Source: Squalus acanthias (Eukaryota). Taken from it: a stretch of 64,000 nucleotides of DNA. Both the position numbers and the translations under genes were made by a program. The notes below the pieces were generated by a model that was not told where the DNA came from, did no database searches, and saw only the letters and a program-made list of their open reading frames with translations. The stretch spans positions 165,914,001 through 165,978,000 of the forward strand of contig CM059425.1 in assembly GCA_030390025.1 (NCBI GenBank), read 5' to 3'. Position 1 is the stretch's first letter. Every line of letters begins with the position of its first letter. Positions 26,549 to 39,819 of this stretch are shown in pieces.

Positions 26549-26934
26549 TTCTTTCAGTATTTGTCTAGCTTCCCACCATTGCCTATTTTGCTTCAATGTA
26601 CACTACCCAGCACCGCCTCTTTCAGTAGGACCCTGAATGGTAAATCCCTCTACCAACTCTTCCAGGTCTCACAGCTGCATGATGCATGTTTCTACCTTCC
26701 CAACACCTATCCATATCATCCTGGTATATGTGGTCACCATTGTCAACTATTCAATGCATTCCTCTGCCTTTGTAGAATGGTGCACAATAAGATGGCGAAG
26801 ACAAGAACGGGAAGAATACTAGCCAAGCTGCATCCTCTCTCCACTTTGCGGAGCAGGCCCTCCAAATACAAGGATGGGAGTCTGAAGTGGAAGCAGGAGA
26901 CGGGGAAGTAGGAGGCCTATTCCCATCTCAATCT

Positions 26935-27432
26935 AAGGCTGGTCAGTCTAATGTCAGTGGTGGGAAAACCATGACAGACCATTGTCAAGGACAAAATTAA
27001 TTCTCACTTGAAGCAGCATGGGTTAATAAGGGACAGCCAGCACGGATTCGTTAAAGGGAAATCGTGTCTGACTAACCTGCTTTTGTTCTTTGATGAAGTA
27101 ACAGAGAGGGTTGATGAAGGTAGTGTAGGAGATGTTGTATATTTGAATTTTCAAAAGGCATTTGGTAATGTACCACATAACAGACTCATTCGGAAAATAG
27201 TAGCACATGGGATTAAAGGGGTGGTGGTAACTTGGGTACGTAATTGGCTAAGGGATAGGAGCCAGAGAGTAGTGGTGAATGGATATTTTTCTGATTGGAG
27301 AAAGTATGCAGTGGGTACCCCCCAGAGATCAGTCTAAGGACCATTGCTTTTCTTGTTATATATAAATGACCTGGACTTGTGTATAGGGAGTACAATTTAG
27401 AAGATTGTAGATGATACAAAACTTGGCAAATT
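26935..27432 (+). mobile_element. Older CR1 RT fragment
   Basis: SQHGFVKGKSCLTNLL..VYLNFQKAF motifs, decayed. Confidence 0.8.
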
Positions 27433-29624
27433 AATAAAAACATAAGAAATAGGAGCAGGAGTAGGCCATTTGGCCCCTCGAACCTGCTCCGCCATTCGAT
27501 AAGATCATGGCTGATCTTCTACCTCAACTCCACTTTCCTGCACTATCCCCAACCTCTGTCTTGAATATACTGAACAACTGAGCCTCCACAGCCCCAAGGG
27601 GTAGAGAATTCAAAAATTCACCACCCTTATTCTAAGACTATGACCCCTGGTTCTAGACTGCCCAGCCAGGGGAAACATCCTCCCTGCACCTACCCTGTCA
27701 AGCCCCTTAAGAATTTTGTATGTTTCAATGAGATCACCTCTCATTCTTCTAAACTCTAGAGAATATTGGCCTAGTCTACTCAATCTCTCCTCATAGGACA
27801 ATCCCCTCATCCTGGGAATCAATCTGGTGAACCTTCATTGCACTCCCTCTATAGCAAGTATATCCTCCCTTAGGTAAGGAGACCAAAACTGTACACAATA
27901 CTCCAGGTGTGGTCTCACCAGGGCCCTATATAACTGCAGTAAGACGTCTTTACTCTTATACTCGAATCCTCTTGTAATAAAGGCCAACATACTATTTGCT
28001 TTCCTAATTGTTTGCTGTACCTGCATGTTATCTTTCAGTGATTCTAATACAAGGACACCCAGGTCCCTCTGAACACCAACATTTCCTAATTTCTCACCAT
28101 TTAAAAAATATTCTGCTTTTCTATTTTTCCCACCAAAGTGGATAATTTCACATTTCTTCACATTATATTCCATTTGCCATGTTCTTGCCCACTCACTTAG
28201 CTTGCCTATATCCCTTTGAAGCCTCTTTGCATCCTCCTCACAACTTACATTCCCACCCTAGCTTTGTATCATCAGCAAACTTGGATATATTACATTTGGT
28301 CCCCTCATCCAAATCATTGATATAGATTGTGAATAGCTGAGGCCCAAGCACTGATCCTTGCGGTACCCCACTAGTTATAGCCTGCCAACCTGAAAATGAC
28401 CTGTTTATTGCTACTCTCTGTTTTCTGTCCGTTAACCAATCCTCAGTCCATGCTAGTATATTACCCTCAATCCCTTGAGCCCTAATTTTGTTTAATAACC
28501 TCTTGTGTGGCACCTTATTGAATGCTTTCTGAAAATCCAAATACACCACATCCACTGGTTCCCCTTATCTATTCTGCTAGTTACAACCTCAAAAAACTCT
28601 AACAGATTCATCAAACACGATTTCCCTTTTATAAATCCGTGTTGACTCTGCCCAATCCTATTATTATTTTCTAAGTGTCCTGTTACCACGTCCTTAATAA
28701 TAGATTCTAATATTTTCCCTACTGCTGATGTCAGGATAACTGGTCTGTAGTTCCCCGTTTTCTCTCTCCCTCCTTTCTTAAATAGTAGGGTTACATTTGC
28801 TTCCTTCCAATCCACGGGAACCATTCTAGAATCTATGGAATTTTAGAAAATGACAAACAATGCATCCACTATCTCTATAGCCACCTCTTTCAAAACCCTA
28901 GGATGTAGGCCATCAGGTCCAGGAGACTTATTGGCTTTCAGTCCCATTAATTTCTCCAGTACTATTTTTTTACTAATACTAATTTATTTCAGTTCCTCAT
29001 TCTTGCTAGACCCTTTGTTCTCCACTATTTCCAGAAAGGTTTTAGCGTGTTCTTCTGTGAAGACTGACACAAAGTATTTGTTTAATTTCTCAGCCATTTC
29101 CTTATTCCCCATTATAATTTCTCCTGTCTCAGCCTGTAAGGGACCCACATTTACCTTCGCTAAACTTTTTCTTTTTACATACCTATAGAAGCTTTTACAA
29201 TCTCTTTTTACGTCTCTCGCTAGTTTACTCTCATATTCTATTTTCCCTTTCTTTATCAATTTCTTGGTCCTCTTTTGCTGAATTCTAAAATCCACCCAAA
29301 TCTCAGGCTTACTACTCTTTTTGGCAACATTATAAGGCTCTTCCTTTGATCTAATATTATCTTTAACTTCTCTTGTGAGCCACGGTTGGACCACTTTTCC
29401 TGTGGGGTTTTTGTGCCTTAAAGGATTTATATTTCTTGTAAATTATGTTTTAATTCTTTAAATGCTAGCCATTGCTTGTCCACCGTCATACATTTTAATG
29501 TCGTTTTCCAACCTACCTTAGCCAACTCGCCCCTCATACCTACACAGTTTGCTTTGTTTAGATTTAAGACCCTAGTTTCAGATTTAACTAAATCACTTTC
29601 AAACTCAATATGAAATTCTATCAT

Positions 29625-32600
29625 AGAAACATAGAAAAAACATAGAAAAATATGAGCAGGAGTAGGCCCTTCGAGCCTGCTCCACTATTCAATATGATCA
29701 TGGCTGATCGTCTATCTCAATACCATATGCCTGCTCTCTCCCCATACCCCTTGATGCCTTTTGTGTCTAGAAATCTATCAATCTCCTTCTTAAATATATT
29801 CAGTGACTTGGCCTCCACAGCCTTCTGTGGTAGAGAATTCCACAGGTTCACCACCCTCTGAGTGAAGAAATTTCTCCTCATCTCAGTCCTAAATGTCCTA
29901 CCCCATATCCTGAGACTGTGACCCCTCATTCTAGACCCCCCCCCAGCCAGGGGAAACATCCTCCCTGCATCCAGTCTGTCTAGCCCTGTCAGAATTTTAT
30001 ACGTTTCAATGAGATCCCCTCTCATTCTTCTAAACGCTAGTGAATACAGGCCTAGTCGACCCAATTTCTCCTCATACGACAGTCCTGCCATCCCAGGAAT
30101 CAGTCTGGTGAACCTTCGCTGCACTCCCTCTATGGCAAGTATATCCTTTCTTAGGTACGGAGACCAAAACTGCACACAGTACTCCAGGTGTGGTCTCACC
30201 AAGGCCCTGTATAACTGTAGTAAGACATCCTTGCTCCTGTACTCAAGTCCTCTTGCAATTGAGGCCAACATACCATTTGCCTTCCTAACTTGCTTGCTGC
30301 ACCTGCATGTTTGGTTTCAGTGACTGGTGTACAAGGACACCCAGGTCCCTCTGTACATCAACATTTCCCAATCTATCACCATTTAAATAATACTCTACCT
30401 TTCTGTTTTTCCTACCGAAGTGGATAACTTCACATTTATCCACGTTATACTGCATCTGCCATGTCTTCTTCATAGGCAGTCCCTCGGAACCGAGGATGAC
30501 TTGCTTCCACATTAAAAATGAGTTCTCAGGTGACTGATGAGTCCAATGCGGGACCTACAGTCTCTGTCACAGGTGGGGCAGACGGTGGTTGAAGGGGCAG
30601 GTGGGTGGGGTGCTTGGGTTGACGTGCGCTCCTTGCGCTGCTTGCGCTTGGCTTCCGCTTGCTCCCGTCGAAGAGACTCGAGGTGTTCAGCGCCTTCCCA
30701 GATGCTTCTCCTCCAATTTGTGTGGTCTTTGGCCAGGGATTCCAAGGTGTCGGTGGGAATGTTGCACTTTTTCAAGGAGGCTTTGAGGGTGACCTTGAAG
30801 CGTTTCCTCTGCCCACCTGGGGCTCTCTTGCCGTGTCGGAGCTCCGAGTAGAGCGCTTGTTTTTGGAATCTCGTGTCAGGCATGCGGACGATGTGACCCG
30901 TCCATCGGAGCAGATTGAGCGTGGTCAAAGCTTCGATGCTGGGGGATGTTGGCCTGAGCAAGAACACTGACGTTGGTGCGCCTATCCTGCCAATGGATTT
31001 GCAGGATCTTACGGAGGCAGCATTGGTGGTACCTCTCCAGTGCTTTGAGGTGCCTGCTGTACATGGTCCATGTCTCTGAGGCATTCAGGAGGGCGGGTAT
31101 CACTACTGCTCTGTAGACCATGAGCTTGGTGTCGGGCTTGAGGTCCTGGTCTTCAAGCACTCTCTTCCTCAGGCCACCAAAGGCTGCACTGGCACACTGA
31201 AGGCGGTGTTGGACTTTGTCATCGACGTCTGCCCTTGTTGACAGTAGGCTCCCGAGGTATGGAAAGAGATCCACGTTGTCCAAGGCCTTGTCGTGGATTT
31301 TGATAATCGGGGGGCAGTACTGTGTGGCGGGGGCAGGTTGGTAGAGGACCTTTGTCTTATGGATGTTTAGTGTAAGGCCCATGCTCTCGTACGCTTCGGT
31401 GAAGGTGTTGACGATGGTTTGGAGTTCGACCTCCGAGTGTGCGCAGACGCAAGCGTCGTCTGCATACTGTAATTCGACAACAGAGGATGGCAACGACCTT
31501 GGATCTGCCATATATTTGCCCACTCACTCAACTTGTCTAAATCGCCCTGAAGCCTCTTTGCATCCTCCTCACAACTCACAATCCCACCTAGTTTCATGTC
31601 ATCAGCAAACTTGGAAATATTACATTTGGTTCCCTCATCCAAATCATTGATATATATTGTGAATAGCTGGGGCCCAAGCACTGATCCCTGCGGTACCCCA
31701 CTAGTCACCGCCTGCCACCCCAAAAAAGACTCATTTATTCCTACTCTCTGTTTCCTGTCTGTTAACCAATTTTCAATCCATGCCAGTATATTACCCCCAA
31801 TCCCATGTGCTTTAATTTTGCACACTAACCTCTTATGTGGGACTTTATCAAAGGCCTTCTGAAAATCCAAATACACCACATCCACTGGTTCTCCCTTATC
31901 TATTCTACCAGTTACATCCTCAAAAAACTCCAGTAGGTTTGTCAAACACAATTTCCCTTTCATAAATCCATGTTGACTTTGTCTAATCCCATTGATATTT
32001 TCTAAGTGTCCTGTTATCACATCCTTTATAATAGATGCTAGCATTTTCCCTACTACTGATGTTAGGCTAACTGGTCTGTAGTTCCCTGTTTTCTCTCTCC
32101 CTCCTTTCTTAAATAGTGGGGTTACATTTGCCACCCTCCAATCTGCAGGAACTGTTCCATAATCTATAGAATTTTGGAAGATGACAACCAATGCATCCAC
32201 TATTTCCATGGCTACCTCTTTTAGTACTCTGGGATGCAGATTATCAGGCCCTGGGGATTTATCGGCTTTCAGTCCCATTAATTTCTCCAGCACTTTTTTT
32301 TACTAATACTAATTTCCTTTAATTCCTCCTGCTCACTAGACCCTTGGTTCCCTAGCATTTCTGGGAAGTTATTTGTGTCCTCTTCCGTGAAGATAGAACC
32401 AAAGTATTTGTTTAATTGCTCAGCCATTTCCTTGTTCCCCATTATAAATTCTCCCATTTCTGACTGTAAGGGACCTACATTTGTCTTCACTGCTCTTTTT
32501 CTTTTTACATACTTGTAGAAGCTTTTACAATCCGCTTTTATGTTCCTTTTAAGTTTACTCTCATACTCTATCTTTCCCCTCTTAATTAATCTCTTGGTCC

Positions 32601-34380
32601 TTTTTTGCTGAGCTCTAAACTGCTCCCAATCCTCAGGCTTGCTACTTTTTCTGGCAACTTTATATGACTCCTCTTTGGATCTCATACTAACCTTAATTTC
32701 TTTTGTTAGCCATGGTTGGGCCACTTTTCATTTTGTATTTTTGCGCCAGAAAGGAATGTATAACTGTTGCAATTCATGCATTCGTTCCTTAAATGTTAGC
32801 CATTGCCTAACCTATCCATCGTCATGCCTTTTAATGAAGCTCCCCAATCTATCATAGCCAACTCACTCCTCATACCTTCATAGTTTCCTTTGTTTAGATT
32901 TAGGACCCTAGTTTCGGATTGGACTTCTTCACTTTCCATCTTAATGAAGAATTCTATCATGTTATGGTCACTCTTCCCTAAAGGACCCCGCACAACAAGA
33001 TTATTAATTAACCCCTTCTCATTGCACAATACCCAATCTAGGATAGCCTGTTCCCTAGTTGGCTCCTCAACTTACAGGTCTAAAAAACCATCTCGTACAC
33101 ACTTCAGGAATTCATCCTCCACAGTATTATTGCTAATTTGGTTTGGCCAGTCTATATGTAGATTAAACTCACCCATGATTACTGTAGTACCCTTGTTACA
33201 TGCATCTCTAATTTCCTGTTTGATGCCATCCCCTACATTACTACTACTGTTTGGAGGCCTATAGACAACTCCCACCAATGTTTTCTGCCACTTGGTGCTT
33301 CTTAGCTCCACCCAGACCTATTCTACATCTTTATTTTCTGAGCCAATATCCTTTCTCACTATTGCTCCAATTTCATCCTTTACTAACAACGCCACCCCAC
33401 CTCCTTTTCCTTTTTGCCTGTCCTTCCTAAATATTGAATATCTTGGATATTCAGCTCCCTGCCTTGGTCACCCTGCAGCCATGACTCCGTAATCACAATT
33501 ATATCAGATCCGTTTACATCTATTTGCGCTGTTAATTCGTCTACCTTATTACGAATGCTTCGTGCATTCAGATACAGTGCCTTTAGATTTGTCTCTTTAA
33601 CATTTTTAGACATCTTAACATTTTTTTGTACTATGGCCCTATTTGTCTTATTACCATTTTTTCTTACCCTATTTGTTAGTCCACTCCTTTGTTTGTACGC
33701 TCTGTCCCTTCCTGACACAATCTGGTTATCCTTACCCCAATCACTTTCCTGCACTGCTTCCTTGTCTTTTCTCTTTAGCATTCTAGATTTCTCTCCAGCG
33801 GGACTCTCCCCCTACACCCCACCCGTTATTTAGTTTAAAGCCCTATCTACCTCCCTAGTTATTCGATTCACTAGAACTCTGGTCCCAGCATGGTTCAGGT
33901 GTAGTCCGTCCCAACGGAACAGCTCTCTCTTTCCCCAGTACTGGTGCCAGTGCCCCACGAATCGAAACCCGCTTCTCCCGTACCAATCTTTGAGCCACGC
34001 ATTCATCTTCCTGATCCTGTTGACCCTATGCCAATTTGCTCGTGGCTCTGGTAATAATCCAGAGATTATGACCTTTGCGGTTCTGCTTTTTAATTTAGTC
34101 CCTAGCTGCTCAAACTCTCTCAGCAGAACCTTTTTCTTAGTCCTACCTATGTTATTGGTACCTACGTGGACCACAGCAACTGGATCCTCCCCCCTCCCAC
34201 TCCAAGTTCTTCTCCAGCCTGGAGGAGATGTCCTTTACCCTGGCACCGGGTAGGCAACATAGCCTTCAGGACTCACGCTCCTGGCTGCAGAGAACAGTGT
34301 CTATCCCCCTAACTATACTGTCGGCTACTACAACCAACTTCCTTTTTACTCCCCCCACTTGAACGGCTTCCTGTACCACG
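29625..34380 (-). mobile_element. CR1 LINE (partial ORF1 plus ORF2) nested in another CR1
   Basis: Tail at 29625-29650 and RT/APE motifs. ORF1 VHVGTNNIG..DGLHLN at 33830-34174. Confidence 0.9.
30465..31502 (-). mobile_element. RTE-clade LINE, 5'-truncated
   Basis: ELQYADD, FPYLGS, LRWTGHIVRMPD and a C-terminal CPTCDRDCRSRIGLISHLRTH. (GAA)n tail. TSD ATCTGCCAT at 30454-30462 and 31503-31511. Confidence 0.88.
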
Positions 34381-34742
34381 TCACTCTTCCCTTAGGACTC
34401 CTTTACTACAAGGTTATTAATTAACTCTTTCTCGCTGCACAATACTAGATCTAAAATAACCTGTTCCCTAGTTGGCTCCCCAACATACTGATCTAGAAAA
34501 CTATCTTGCATACATTCCATGAATTCGTCCTCCACGCTATTACTGCAAATTTGGTTTGCCCAGTCTATATGTAGATTAAAGTCCCCCATGATTACTGTAT
34601 TACCCTTGTTACATGCGTCTCTAATTTCCTGATTTATACTCTGCCTTACATTACAACTACTGTTTGGGGGGCCTATAAACAACTTCCACCAATGTTTTCT
34701 GCCCCTTGCTGTTTCTTAGCTCCACCCAAGCTGATTCTACTA

Positions 34743-35161
34743 CAGGAAACTTTCGTTTATCCGGCATCGACGGGACCGGCGTGGTGCCGGTTTATCGAAA
34801 GTACCGGATAACGGAGAGTTATATCTACCGAGGCTATTTTTAACAAAGAGTCTCCAGGCAGCGCGGGAGAATCAAATCCTGCTACTGCAGTGTTTCGGAC
34901 TTCCGACAGCGCCAGGTGGCCGAGTAGTGGCACTTTTGAAAAGTACCCCTACTGACTAAATCGGCGTTCGCGGACTCGGACTCGGGATCGGCCACATTGC
35001 CGGTTATTTGAGAGGAGTTTTCGGAGCACTCGGCGTTCGCGGAGACTCAACTGCGACTCGACAACATTGCCGGTTATTTGAGAGGAGTTTTCGAAGGATG
35101 ATTTTTGCCGGTTAAGCGAGAATTCCGGATATTTGGGTGCCGGATAAACGAAAGTTTCCTG
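34743..35161. mobile_element. Tc1/mariner (pogo/Tigger-like) MITE
   Basis: Perfect 24-bp TIR CAGGAAACTTTCGTTTATCCGGCA with TA on both sides. Internal ~30-bp direct repeat. No ORF. Confidence 0.88.
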
Positions 35162-35306
35162 TACTTGATTTTCCTTTCTCTCTACTGTCTTTATCCTATC
35201 CTTTATTCTCAGGGCTACCCCACCCCCTTTTCCATTTTGCCTATCACTTCTAAAAGTTAAGTATCCTGGAATATATACTTCCCAACCTTGGCCACTTTGC
35301 AACCAC

Positions 35307-36935
35307 GGGCTCGATTTTAATAGCCTCCATCTGGCCCCCATCCGATTTTCATGAGTGTTTGTTCAGCTGCTCCCAAACTGACCTGACTCCAACCGGTGGG
35401 ACAGGTAGTTAAGGCAGTTAAGAGCCTGTTAACTGCCTTGATAATCCTATTTTGATAGAGGTTTCCCATTTTCGTACCTCTGGCTCCTGTTTCCCGTCTT
35501 GTCAGAAACAGTTTTGCTGCAAGGAGACGAGTTGGTGGAGGACATGATCTGTAGTCATTATTGGTGCAGAACTTTAAAAGTGCTCCTGTAACATGGCTGG
35601 CATTCAAATGCAACAACTTTGTTGTTGGAAGTTTGGGATAAGATTTTGCGAATCTACTGACCTTGTGACTGGTCAAGCTGACACACATCTGCTGTTTGAA
35701 CTGATTGGAATAATTTCAGGCCACTTTGAGTGTGCGCTTGCAAGCTTCTTGCCTCAACTGAAATCTATAACAACGGGATGGGAACTATTTACATCCTCTC
35801 ATCCTGGTCATCAGATTCGGAGGAAGAGCAGCGCGGCTTAGTGCTGCCGGATGAACAAGTGGCTCAGCATACAGCCTCCTTGGAGGAAGAGGAGGAGGAC
35901 GAGGAAGAGGAAGAGGATGAGGAGGAGGACGGGGAGTGACGCCTTGCAGGGCCGAATGTGGCCAATCCAGCAGCAGGTGACCACATTGATGGCTGTCAGG
36001 CAAGGGATGCACTTATCCATGCCAGATTCATGTAAGCTAATGCTTCAACCACAGGTGGCTGGCACATGGAGATGAATATAAGTCCGACAGTCTTAAACCC
36101 CAGGCATCATCTGTCCAATAAACGGTGGTTTGCATTCAGTGTCACCACCATCATTCTACATGGAAATCACCCTGAGCCCTCACTCTTGAACTTCCATTTC
36201 CCAGAACACAGAGGCCACACTTTAGGTGATCTCAGCAGATCATTAAACCTTTTTTGACACTAAACCCATGTGCGTCTGCACACAGACCTCGAGCTCACCT
36301 CCTCAGCAATTTGCAGCCAAGCTGCCTTGGTTTGCTGAGGAGGCCTCCTCCTTCCGTTTCCAGGGAAGAGGAGCTCCTGACGTCCTCTAACTCCCTCAAC
36401 AAGAGCATGGAGAGAGCCCTCATTGAACCTGGGTGCAGCCTTAGTTTTTGGGGCTGCCATTCCTGCAACTCCCAGCACCTTTAAGACAATAAAAAAATTA
36501 ATATTTCTAAGCAAATGATTGGAACACATCTGGCATCTTTTTCATTTCATAGTCAGATAATAAAGTCATATATCAAAAAATCATGAATCTCTTTCTGGAA
36601 TAATATGCCCAGCAATATCATTCATTAAATTTTGCTCAGAACAGACGCTGTCAACTCCCCTTTCAAGATAATATAGCACCAAGCCATCCCAATGACATTT
36701 GTATGCAAAGGGGACATGGCCCCTTTAAATTTTCAAACAAACAACACGTCATCAGACGCGAGAAACTGACAGCCCTCCAAGCAATTTCCTGGAGGGACCC
36801 GACCCGCACGTCGGCCGTAACGAGGCCAATGAAGCCAAAATCGGAAGTGCTGGGAGGCGGTAGCCGGGTGTGGGTCCGAAAGCTGCCGAGCAGCGGGCCC
36901 GGCCTTAACCCGCCTCCGTTAATAAAATCGAGCCC
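35307..36935. mobile_element. Non-autonomous PIF/Harbinger element
   Basis: TIRs GGGCTCGATTTTA / TAAAATCGAGCCC with 3-bp TSD CAC. Truncated Myb/SANT exon on - (RFNEGSLHALVEGVRGRQELLFP..AWLQIAEEV) and an acidic transposase-tail-like remnant on +. Confidence 0.85.
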
Positions 36936-39244
36936 CACGTCTCTGTTATGACTATTAGATCAAACCTGTTAATTTCTATCTGTGCTATTAATTCATCTAT
37001 TTTGTTGCGAATGCTTCGCACATTCAGATATAATGCCTTTAGCTTTGACTTATTTCTATTTTTCCCTGATGTCACCTTAGTCACTGATGCCTATATTATT
37101 ATGATATAGAATAAAGCATGGGAAGGTTGTACCTCAATCAAAGGGTTCGGATGAAGTATTAAATGTTGTGAGACCAAATTTTTCTCTTTATCCCTAGGTG
37201 TTGCATGAAAGGTTGGATAACTCGAGAGTACCACAGATATTCTACTAATTTTACTTGTGATATGTGTCCTATGTGACAATACCTATGAATGATCCATACC
37301 CTGAAGCCATTGAATACTTATGAAAACACACTAGTATTGACTCTTCTTTCAAAGTATATTAATCAGCAATTATGTTGACGTAATTGTTGCTGTCCTCAGA
37401 AAACAATGGACATTTATTCCTTTGTATATTGAATCCTTCATACGCTGTGAAGTAATGTAGGTTTGTCACACAACGTTTGCAATAGCACAATGTTCTAAAA
37501 TTGGCAACAGTTGAATATTTAAAATAGAATAAGGGAAGTGTACAAAAGCTTAGAATTTTTAATTCTAAATATTCTCTGATTAGTGTACTCTTCGTTTTAT
37601 TTGATGCTAGGACCTTCATTGGTAGTTGGAACGCATATCTGCTGTACAGTCTGTCAGCTTGATTCTTATCAGTTCTTACTGTTAGTGTTCAGGTCAAAGC
37701 AAGGTATTGAGTTTGATTAGCAGAGGAACCAGAGAGGTAATGCTTTATAAGACATTAGTTGGATTTTTTGGAGTCGTGCATGTAGTACCCATCACCTAAT
37801 CATATGATGGGTATTGTTAGCTTTGAGGGTATAATGTAGGAGGGAGTAAACCAGAATGATATCAGGTCGCAGGAACCCTAAGTTAATAAGAACCTTTACG
37901 ATGAAGCATTCCCTCAATGCTGTGCTGCAGTCAGTCTAATCAATGAGTTCAACCATGGTGGTTATACTTTCTAAGGTCTCTGTTGTGTAGCAGGGAGTGC
38001 GAGTAAACAAGGGCCCTTGAGTATATCATTTAATTGTAGTGTAATTAGTGGCATTGATTTGATTTAATTTAATTTAAATTAATTAAAGGGTAAGTCATGG
38101 CAGCACAGCTCGGCCCCGTGGCATGCTCCTCCTGCACTATGTGGGAAATCAGGGACACTTCCTGTGTCCCTGAAGACCATGTGTGCAGGAAGTGTATCCA
38201 GCTGCAGCTACTGGCAGACCGCATTGCGGCGCTGGAGCTGCGAATGGATACATACTGGAGCATTCGCGATGCTGAGGACGTCATGGATATCACGTTTAAT
38301 CAGTTGGTCACACCACAGGTAAAGGCTGCACAGGCAGGAAGGGAATGGGTGACCGCCAGGCAGAGTAGTAGGCGCAGGCAGGTAGTGCATGGGTCCCCTG
38401 TGGCCATCCCCCTCTCAAACAGATATACCGCTTTGGATATTGTTTTGGGAGATGGCTTATCGGGGGAAGGGAGCAGCAGCCAACTTCCTGACACCATGGG
38501 TGGTTCTGCTGCACAGGATGGGAGAAAAAAGAGCGGGAGAGCTATAGTGACAGGGGATTCTATTGTAAGGGGAATAGATAGGTGTTTCTGCGGCCGCAAA
38601 CGAGACTCCAGGATGGTATGTTGCCTCCCTCAAGGATGTCTCGGAGCGGCTGCAGGGCATTCTGAAGGGGAGGGTGAACAGCCAGTTGTCGTGGTGCATA
38701 TAGGTACCAACAATATAGGTAAAAACTGGGATGAGGTCCTAAAAGCTGAATATAGGGAGTTAGGAGGTAAATTAAAAAATAGGACCTCAAAGGTAGTAAT
38801 CTCAGAATTGCTACCAGTGCCACGTGCTAGTCAGAGTAGAAATAGGAGGATATTTCAGATGAATACGTGGCTAGAGGAATGGTGCAAGGGGGAGGGATTC
38901 AAATTCCTGGGACATTGGAACCAGTTCTGGGGGAGGTGGGACCAGTACAAACTGGAAAGTTTGCACCTGGGTGGGACTGGGACCAATGTCCTAGGGGGAG
39001 TGTTTGCTAGTGCTGTTGGGGAGGGTATAAACTAAAATGGCAAGGGGTTGGGAACCTGTGCAGGGAGACAGAGGAAAGGGAAGCAAGGATAGAAGCAAAA
39101 GACAGGAAGGAGAAAAACAAAAGTGGCAGTCAGAGAAATCAATGGTGTAAATCAAACATGGCCACAGTAATTAATAATTCTAAAAGGTCATTGCAGCCTT
39201 GAATCTCAGCCTGGAGAGACCTGTAATCCATTTTGCTGCCAAGC

Positions 39245-39481
39245 ATGGAGAGGGTGAGAGAACGCGCTCATCGCTTCACCGAGCGGGCCTTGGATGCTCT
39301 GGTTGACGCAGTGGAGCGCAGACGATGCATGCTGTTCCCGGAGAGTGGCAGGAGGCCTTTGCCACGCGAGTTCAGAAGAGTGTGGAGGGAGGTGGCTCAG
39401 AGCGTCTCCTCCATGAGCATGGTGCCCAGGACCCATGTTCAGTGCCGCAAAAAGTTCAACGACCTCACTCGGGTCGTCAGG
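39245..39481 (+). CDS. Harbinger Myb/SANT-like DNA-binding protein, exon 1
   Basis: MERVRERAHRFTERALDALVDAVERRRCMLFP..WREVAQSV..RTHVQCRKKFNDLTRVVR. Donor AGG|GTGAGT, phase 0. Confidence 0.85.
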
Positions 39482-39622
39482 GTGAGTGGCTTTTTCTCAA
39501 TACCTCTCCATCCCTCCATCTCAACCTCACTCTATGGCCAGAGGGTCTTAAAACCCCAATGCACAACACTCATGCAACACCTATGGCCCTTTCATCAAAC
39601 ACACACACACATTCCACACTTT

Positions 39623-39792
39623 GCATACAGTAAGGGCTATTCACCTATGGGAGGCACATCAGGCAAGACCATGGCTGTATACAGTAAGGGCTATTCACCT
39701 ATGGGAGGCACATCAGGCAAGACCATGGCTGCATATTGTAAGGGCTATTCACCTATGGGAGGCACATCAGGCAAGACCATGGCTGTATATTG
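39623..39792. repeat. 54-bp minisatellite, 3 copies plus a partial
   Basis: Units start at 39623, 39677, 39731 and 39785 (G(C/T)ATA..GTAAGGGCTATTCACCTATGGGAGGCACATCAGGCAAGACCATGGCT). Confidence 0.95.
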
Positions 39793-39819
39793 ACTCAGAT
39801 GCTGTCCTTTTTCTTGCAG

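Larger units (their letters stand above)
27440..37090 (-). mobile_element. CR1 LINE split into pieces 27440-29624, 34381-34742, 35162-35306 and 36936-37090 by younger insertions
   Basis: ORF2 motifs rejoin colinearly across each insertion (e.g. AATTCTATCAT..TCACTCTTCCC and TTGCAACCAC|GTCTCTGT). Confidence 0.85.

Noticed and set aside
39623..39792. CRISPR-like array
   Set aside because: Contiguous tandem units without unique spacers, in eukaryotic intron context.
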